From NCBI GenBank assembly GCA_007129405.1, contig SKVN01000072.1, forward strand, positions 1 to 42,760: DNA of 42,760 bases, given 5' to 3'. Origin of the DNA: Kiritimatiellia bacterium. Lineage in GTDB: Bacteria; Verrucomicrobiota; Kiritimatiellia; UBA8416. The notes beneath the pieces were generated by a model that did not search any database, had not been told where the DNA came from, and saw only the letters and a list, made by a program, of their open reading frames with translations. A program made the translations under genes and the position numbers. This document shows positions 37,398-42,760 of this stretch, in pieces (within the stretch, counting starts at the first letter, position 1; each line of letters begins with the position of its first letter).

Positions 37398-39380
37398 GTG
37401 AGTGCAGTACGGGCTGTGATCGCAGTCTGTGTGGGCTTTTTCTTGTCCATCTTCATCTGGGTCGTTGTGCCGTATAACAATTTCCTGCTGAATAATAGCT
37501 TTGTCAGCGATGGATATCTGCCGGAAATTGTGATGCTCCTACTGGTCCTGCTTGTTCTCCTTGTCAATCCCGCGCTTGCACGCATATCTCCGGCGGCGGC
37601 TTTTTCACAGCAACAGATCATTATCATTGTCAGCATGCTGCTGTTTGCAGCCGTTATTCCGAGTAATGGCCTGATGCGGTTTTTCCCACATAGCCTTGCC
37701 ATGGCAACGCAACAGATCAATGAATCCGATGTTGTGGCGAGCGCGGTTTCTGCGTCTCGCTTGCCGGCAGCATTATTTCCCGATGCGATAGGCCCCGGCT
37801 TGGATACGCCGGTTGTCGATACATTCCTTGATGAATTGCATCAGGATGAAGCCATACCCTGGGGCAGTTGGATCGCGCCGATGTTATCATGGGGGGCACT
37901 GATTGTTGCATTCTGGACTTTAATGATCGGACTAGGCTTTATGGTTTTGCCGCAGTGGATGAACCATGAACGTTTGCCATTTCCTTTGCTGCGCATTTAT
38001 GGGGCACTCGTGGAACCACCGGCGGAGGGACGTGCTGTGGCACCTTTGTTTATATCACGGTTGTTCTGGATCGGGTTTGGGGCCGTGTTCTTGCTCTATA
38101 CAACGAATGGATTGTCGATCCTGACGGGAGGAGGTTTTCCTGCATTTCCCTTGCGGTGGGATATTTCCTATCTCTTTAAAGATGGCGTATGGGTTCACGC
38201 CCCTGGATTTCTGCGAGGTTCGCGTCTCTTTTTCCTGTTTCTAGGGTTAGCATACTTTATGCCGAATCGCTACAGCTTCTCCATTTGGTTTATGGTGCTG
38301 GCGTATGGCTTGTTTATCATGTTCGCACGCACCTATATGCCCTTATTTCAACCGTTGACGATTTATGATCAGACAAGTGGCGCTTTCATTGCCATGGCGG
38401 CATGGGTCGTTTGGTTAGGTCGAAGCACATATTGGCGCTTGTTCTTGTCGGCAGTAGGTATGGGAAGCAGTGAAGAGATTGATCCCGTGGGACGGCTGGC
38501 AGCCAGACTGTTTCTCGGCGGGGCCATGGGGATGTTGGTTTGGTTTATGTGGGCAGGAACCGGTTTTATTGCTGCGGTGGGCTTCGTGTTGCTGGCAATC
38601 GTCATCATGATTATGGTCGCGCGGGTCGTGGCGGAAACCGGAGTCGCATATATTTGGATCATTCCGCTGACGGCAACGCGTATCTTCGGTCTGTTTCCCA
38701 GTCGGTTTTTTCATATTGCCACGGTGTTGATGGAACGTGCCCACTACGTGGTGGCGAATCGCGCTTCCGCAGTCAGTGCGGCCGTCATGGCCATGCTTGC
38801 GTTAGGACTAAATCGCAATGCATCCGTCAAACACAAGGAGGGACTGGCCTGGTTAGGTCTGGGTGTTTTGGTGATCGGTTTTATCGTGTGCGGGGCGGTG
38901 CATCTTCATATGGGATATCATCATGCTACGTCTCTAGATGGAATCAATATGCCGGTTGCGGGAAGAGGGGCACAGATGATGAGTATTGATCCCATGCGGC
39001 GGTTACTAACTGCACGTGAAACCGGCTTTGCTTTCGGACCATTGCGTACGATGGTGGGCGGCGTCGTGTTTGCCATTGCCTTGCTCATGCTGTGTGCGCG
39101 CTTCCCGTCATGGCCGTTGCACCCTGTAGGGCTGCTGTTTGTATATTCCTCCATTGGGCTTCGTATCACGGTAAGCATCTTTTTTGGGTGGCTGATAAAG
39201 TCGCTTATGTTGCGATATGGTGGCAACAGAGCTTATCGGGCATGCATCCCGCTGTTTTTGGGGATCATGTTCGGTGAAATATTTGCGAATGCATTTTGGA
39301 CCCTGGTGCCTGTTGTGCAGATTCTCTTCGGTGCCGATCCGGTGCATTTGCAGCGTCTGATCATATTCCAGTATACGTAA
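37398..39380 (+). CDS. DUF6785/DUF6784-like polytopic membrane protein (putative transporter)
   Basis: Many TM segments; IPWGSW, QWMNHERLPFPL, RVVAETG, WPLHPVG, LRYGG...PLFLGIMFGE. Confidence 0.75.
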   Translation: MSAVRAVIAVCVGFFLSIFIWVVVPYNNFLLNNSFVSDGYLPEIVMLLLVLLVLLVNPALARISPAAAFSQQQIIIIVSMLLFAAVIPSNGLMRFFPHSLAMATQQINESDVVASAVSASRLPAALFPDAIGPGLDTPVVDTFLDELHQDEAIPWGSWIAPMLSWGALIVAFWTLMIGLGFMVLPQWMNHERLPFPLLRIYGALVEPPAEGRAVAPLFISRLFWIGFGAVFLLYTTNGLSILTGGGFPAFPLRWDISYLFKDGVWVHAPGFLRGSRLFFLFLGLAYFMPNRYSFSIWFMVLAYGLFIMFARTYMPLFQPLTIYDQTSGAFIAMAAWVVWLGRSTYWRLFLSAVGMGSSEEIDPVGRLAARLFLGGAMGMLVWFMWAGTGFIAAVGFVLLAIVIMIMVARVVAETGVAYIWIIPLTATRIFGLFPSRFFHIATVLMERAHYVVANRASAVSAAVMAMLALGLNRNASVKHKEGLAWLGLGVLVIGFIVCGAVHLHMGYHHATSLDGINMPVAGRGAQMMSIDPMRRLLTARETGFAFGPLRTMVGGVVFAIALLMLCARFPSWPLHPVGLLFVYSSIGLRITVSIFFGWLIKSLMLRYGGNRAYRACIPLFLGIMFGEIFANAFWTLVPVVQILFGADPVHLQRLIIFQYT

Positions 39381-39428
39381 AACATTCGTGAAAGTGCATC
39401 ATTGCGCTCCATATTTTCGTGGGTGAGT

Positions 39429-39643
39429 ATGGAGTGCGGCGATCTGAATCGCCGCTTTGGGGGGCACGGAGTGCCGGGGGACGGTGATGGGCTTAGCGCG
39501 ATTGATGAATCGATGGTTTGCTATGAGTCGAGTAGGCTGTGGGGGGGCGCTCCGCTTGGATGAAAGCGGTGAGATCGCTTCGCTCGTCACCGCACTCCAT
39601 ATGGATTGGTGGTGGATATGGAGTGCGGCATCATTCTGACGCC
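39429..39643. repeat. REP/REPIN-like palindromic repeat cluster, copy 2, between convergent genes
   Basis: TGGAGTGCGGCGATCTGAATCGCCGCTTTGG; inverted AAAGCGGTGAGATCGCTTCGCTCGTCACCGCACTCCA (39563-39599); a third partial TGGAGTGCGGC unit near 39619. Confidence 0.85.
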
Positions 39644-39649
39644 AAACGC

Positions 39650-42568
39650 TTAGTTTAGAATAGTCTTGATGATTTGAGGCGAGAGCTCTTGTAGTGGCTT
39701 TTGGGTTGCGCCGTCTGCGTAAGCATAGAGACACTTGAGCAGTTGACGTGCTTCGGGATGTTTCTGTAAACCCATTACGTCTATTGTGCAGACAATCAAA
39801 CGGCCTTTGCCGACTTTTGCCTCGAGAATGAGGCCCAACTTATGATTGCGGTCGAAACCATCGATCACTTGTACGACCGGACGGAATTTGTGCGGTGTAT
39901 CATTCAGGATCATCGGGTCGCAATGCTTGACCAGTTGCCACCATTGCCAGTTGGAATGGAACTCCGTTGGAAAATCCTTGAAGAGTGGATGCTTCGGGTC
40001 GAGCAGAATTCCTTGTGTTCCTGGAAACTGCTTGCCATCCGGAGTTTTTTTGTTGCCTATACGGAACATGGGTGACCAGAATCCCGTCTGGAAAGCCATC
40101 CGAACGGTTCTCTTGAGAGCACCGGGTCTGGTCAAAAGCAGTACGGTTGCGCCTGCCTCCAAATCGGTTTGCACTTTGCGGTTCAGGCTCCGTGTAACCG
40201 TGACTCCTTTTGGTGCTGCAATGATATTCTGACCTTGAAGATTTTTCAAACCCTTAGCAGCGGCAAGGGATTGCCGCCCTCCATGTTCATATGACATTTT
40301 GGAGGGACGCAATCCTTTGCGTCCGCTACCAAGGTCTTGTTGTATCGTGATATCCGGGTATACCCAGATATCGTAGCTATTTTTGTACGGCGTGCCTGGA
40401 ATCGCAATTGTAACCTGTAGTTTCTCGGCTTTTTTAATGCCGCTGAGATCGGCGGAGAACAAATCGACATCGGTTACATTGCCTGTGGGAATGTCCATTG
40501 TGCGGGTCTGTCCCTTGGCAACGACTTTCTTGTTGGCTGTAATGGTCCAGGTCAGATGTTTCTGGATAAAATCTTTGGGGCCATAATGCGCAATGCGAAT
40601 GCGGCCATGGAAGGTTTCCGTATTGGTCCATGTGTATTTCGTCATCCAGAGTAGGGGCACCGTTTCGCAACAGAATGCTCGCCATGCTGCGGGGGAGATA
40701 AGGCCTTTTGAATCCATAAATGCGTCTAGAATGCCGACCAGAGCAGTACCTTGACCGCTGAAGTCCATGAGGTCGAGGAGATGAAATCCACCATGGCCGG
40801 CGGTTCGCAAGCAGGCCTCGATATCCTCGCGATGGCAAATTACAGATAGTGCGCCAGATGCCTTGAGAAAGTCCCGTGCTTGATTGAGCATTCCCGCGGC
40901 TTTGAGTCGTTCCCGGAATATTTCAAAATTGCGAGCACGTAAGACACCCGTGTACTTTTTGATTTCGCGATAGTCTGGGTATACTTCGAATTCACCATTT
41001 TCGTGGGTGATAACGGGAATCGGTACCCCTTGGATGGCTGAACCATATTCGACGGTTGTGGATGGGGCTTGGTGGTCAATGTGGAGATTCGATTCAAACG
41101 ATGCTCCCCGCACGGGACGTTTCCTGGATGTGCCACGTGTGACCCAGAAATCGTCTCCCTCCCGGCGGCCGATATCCCAATGGAAGTGCCCCGAGCCCAT
41201 GGCATACAAATGACGATTGTCAATCGAACGGAAGTGATCGCAAATACCCTTCATGACGCTCTCATCACCACCGAGTTCGTTGCCGAGCGTTAGCATCACA
41301 AATGAGGGGTGGTTGCCGTAGGCTTTCAGAATACGTTCTCCTTCTCGCAGCAGATAGGCGGTCCGGATGGCAGGGGGACCGCCATCGCCCTCCAGCTCGT
41401 CCAGCGTTTCATAAGCTTCTGCAGGGGGGCGATAATCCTTGTTGTCGGGGGCGGTGATTTCGCGTTTGTTGGGGAGCTCCGCCAACAGGTACATGCCTAG
41501 TTCATCTGCCGCTGCAAAAGCTGCTTCGGGTGGACACCAGGAGTGGAACCGGTAATGATTCAGTCCGTATGATTTGGCAATAGAAAGCAACCGCATCCAT
41601 TCTTGCTTTTCCATGGGGGCATATCCCGTAAGCGGGAAGATGGCACTGTCCACGCGCCCTCGCAGGTAGGTTGGGCGGCCGTTAATCACAAACTGACCGC
41701 GGTCCGTAGCAAAGTTGCGCAAGCCGCACACGACACTGCAAGTATCTTGCCGCCACGTGGCGACCGGCATGGCCTTTGTTTCCAGCGTGACGCGCAGCAA
41801 GGCTGGGTTGAACTCGTCCCAGCAACAAATGGAGTCGGGAATTCCGATGGTTGCTGCTGTTTGGGTGACGCGTTCCCGTAACAATGTGCCACTCTCTACC
41901 GCAGGAATTGCCGGGGCCTTCTTTCCTAAAAACTCGGCTTTCCAGATGAAGTCAGCAGCACCACTCCAGTTCGTTTCGTTGATGATTGTAGCTTTAACCT
42001 GAATTTTACGTTCTGCTGCGTTTGGATATGCTTGCAGACTCTGAATCCAGATGGGCTCCCTTGCGGTGAGGGTTATCTTCCCAAGGATTCCGTTCCAATT
42101 GGTTTGGGTACGCTCATCCACTTGGTGGCAGGGACCTACGGGAGGCAGTTTCGCGTTATCAATCAAAATGGTAATGGTATGCTTGCCGGGTGTCAGCAAT
42201 TTGGATAAATCGAATTCATGGGGGGTCGACAAGGAGTCATCACTACCGGTCCATTTTTCATCCACCCAGACCTGACTGTTTTTGGTGCGTTCCAGAAAAA
42301 GAAAGACTTTTTTGTTTTTCCATGCTGCCGGAATATCAACTTCCTGCTGATACCATGCGGGGCCGATCCAGCGGTACAAACGCGAAAGCCTATCGGCACA
42401 GGCTTCGTTCGTGACCTCGCCATAGCCGGCTTCATCGGTGGTTCCGGGGAGAGAGATGGTGTCGGGCAATTTCTTGTTGAACCAGCGCTGTTTAATGCCT
42501 TGGTTCTGTGGATCCAGTTTGAACCGCCATGTACCTGCGAGCGAAAGCGTGTTTTCAGAAGTAGCCAT
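39650..42568 (-). CDS. Glycoside hydrolase family 2, no signal peptide
   Basis: SLAGTWRF, AWYQ, LFLERT, NWNGILG, YGLNHYRFHSWCPP, ADELG, GNHPSFVM, LGNE (acid/base), THE (nucleophile). AAAGGA SD before ATG 42568. Confidence 0.9.
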   Translation of the reverse strand: MATSENTLSLAGTWRFKLDPQNQGIKQRWFNKKLPDTISLPGTTDEAGYGEVTNEACADRLSRLYRWIGPAWYQQEVDIPAAWKNKKVFLFLERTKNSQVWVDEKWTGSDDSLSTPHEFDLSKLLTPGKHTITILIDNAKLPPVGPCHQVDERTQTNWNGILGKITLTAREPIWIQSLQAYPNAAERKIQVKATIINETNWSGAADFIWKAEFLGKKAPAIPAVESGTLLRERVTQTAATIGIPDSICCWDEFNPALLRVTLETKAMPVATWRQDTCSVVCGLRNFATDRGQFVINGRPTYLRGRVDSAIFPLTGYAPMEKQEWMRLLSIAKSYGLNHYRFHSWCPPEAAFAAADELGMYLLAELPNKREITAPDNKDYRPPAEAYETLDELEGDGGPPAIRTAYLLREGERILKAYGNHPSFVMLTLGNELGGDESVMKGICDHFRSIDNRHLYAMGSGHFHWDIGRREGDDFWVTRGTSRKRPVRGASFESNLHIDHQAPSTTVEYGSAIQGVPIPVITHENGEFEVYPDYREIKKYTGVLRARNFEIFRERLKAAGMLNQARDFLKASGALSVICHREDIEACLRTAGHGGFHLLDLMDFSGQGTALVGILDAFMDSKGLISPAAWRAFCCETVPLLWMTKYTWTNTETFHGRIRIAHYGPKDFIQKHLTWTITANKKVVAKGQTRTMDIPTGNVTDVDLFSADLSGIKKAEKLQVTIAIPGTPYKNSYDIWVYPDITIQQDLGSGRKGLRPSKMSYEHGGRQSLAAAKGLKNLQGQNIIAAPKGVTVTRSLNRKVQTDLEAGATVLLLTRPGALKRTVRMAFQTGFWSPMFRIGNKKTPDGKQFPGTQGILLDPKHPLFKDFPTEFHSNWQWWQLVKHCDPMILNDTPHKFRPVVQVIDGFDRNHKLGLILEAKVGKGRLIVCTIDVMGLQKHPEARQLLKCLYAYADGATQKPLQELSPQIIKTILN
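40231..40336. repeat. Palindromic REP-like doublet located in frame inside the GH2 CDS
   Basis: Hairpin GCGGCAA-GGGA-TTGCCGC-CCTCCA, spacer ATGTTCATATGACAT, inverted TGGAG-GGACGCAA-TCCT-TTGCGTCC. Outer pair GACCTTG/CAAGGTC. Confidence 0.75.
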
Positions 42569-42688
42569 CCTAGTCGTCCTTTTACTATTTTGAGCAAAAA
42601 TACTATTGCAATAGCTGCATCCTAAACGGCATTGTTTATAACTCAACGATTTTTTCAGTCACTGCGTTGGGTGGTGCGCCTCGTCGCT

Positions 42689-42760
42689 TCGCTCCCCCCA
42701 AAGCGGTGCGGTCGCTATCGCTCGCCTGTCGCGCCGTAGCGTATTCGCGAAGGGGGAGCA
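42689..42760. repeat. REP/REPIN-like repeat, copy 3, probably truncated by the window end
   Basis: TCGCTCCCCCCAAAGCGGTGCGGTCGCTATCGCTCGCCTGTCGCGCCGTAGC is an imperfect reverse complement of 8095-8146. Confidence 0.8.

Noticed and set aside
39399-39734. 111-aa and 60-aa ORFs in the convergent gap
   Set aside because: They span the REP cluster and have no recognisable motifs; the longer one also overlaps the GH2 3' end.
42569-42646. Upstream start of the GH2 ORF at 42646
   Set aside because: The extension is not signal-like, and an SD precedes ATG 42568.

Overview
Gene-dense bacterial chromosomal window with about 33 CDS. I saw no rRNA, tRNA, CRISPR array, integrase or transposase. The domain content (SHD1-like, DUF6288-like, DUF6785-like) and the palindromic repeat style suggest a PVC-superphylum organism such as Kiritimatiellota/Verrucomicrobiota; this is inference only. 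Layout: (1) 1-7086 is a + strand run of a TPR protein end, a Cys-cluster protein, a nitrilase-family hydrolase, a DUF1576-like membrane protein with a small partner, queG, a cation:proton antiporter and a PTS-EIIA/PII-like fusion. (2) 7.1-16.4 kb holds mixed genes: an SHD1-PLD protein, an MBL hydrolase, an aspartate aminotransferase, an MFS transporter, a TonB-dependent receptor, a ROK protein and a site-2 protease. (3) 16.5-32.7 kb is an atypical surface-glycan locus with two methyltransferases, an epimerase, two GT4s, two GT-C-like membrane proteins, a flippase, a UbiA-type phosphoribosyltransferase, a deacetylase, an SGNH lipoprotein and an acyltransferase. (4) The end holds a hybrid histidine kinase, a PDZ/DUF6288-like plus DUF6785-like pair, and a GH2 glycosidase. 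A dispersed REP-like palindrome family occurs at about 8.0, 39.5 and 42.7 kb. A second palindromic element lies in frame inside the GH2 gene. All family calls come from motifs recognised by eye, not from database searches.
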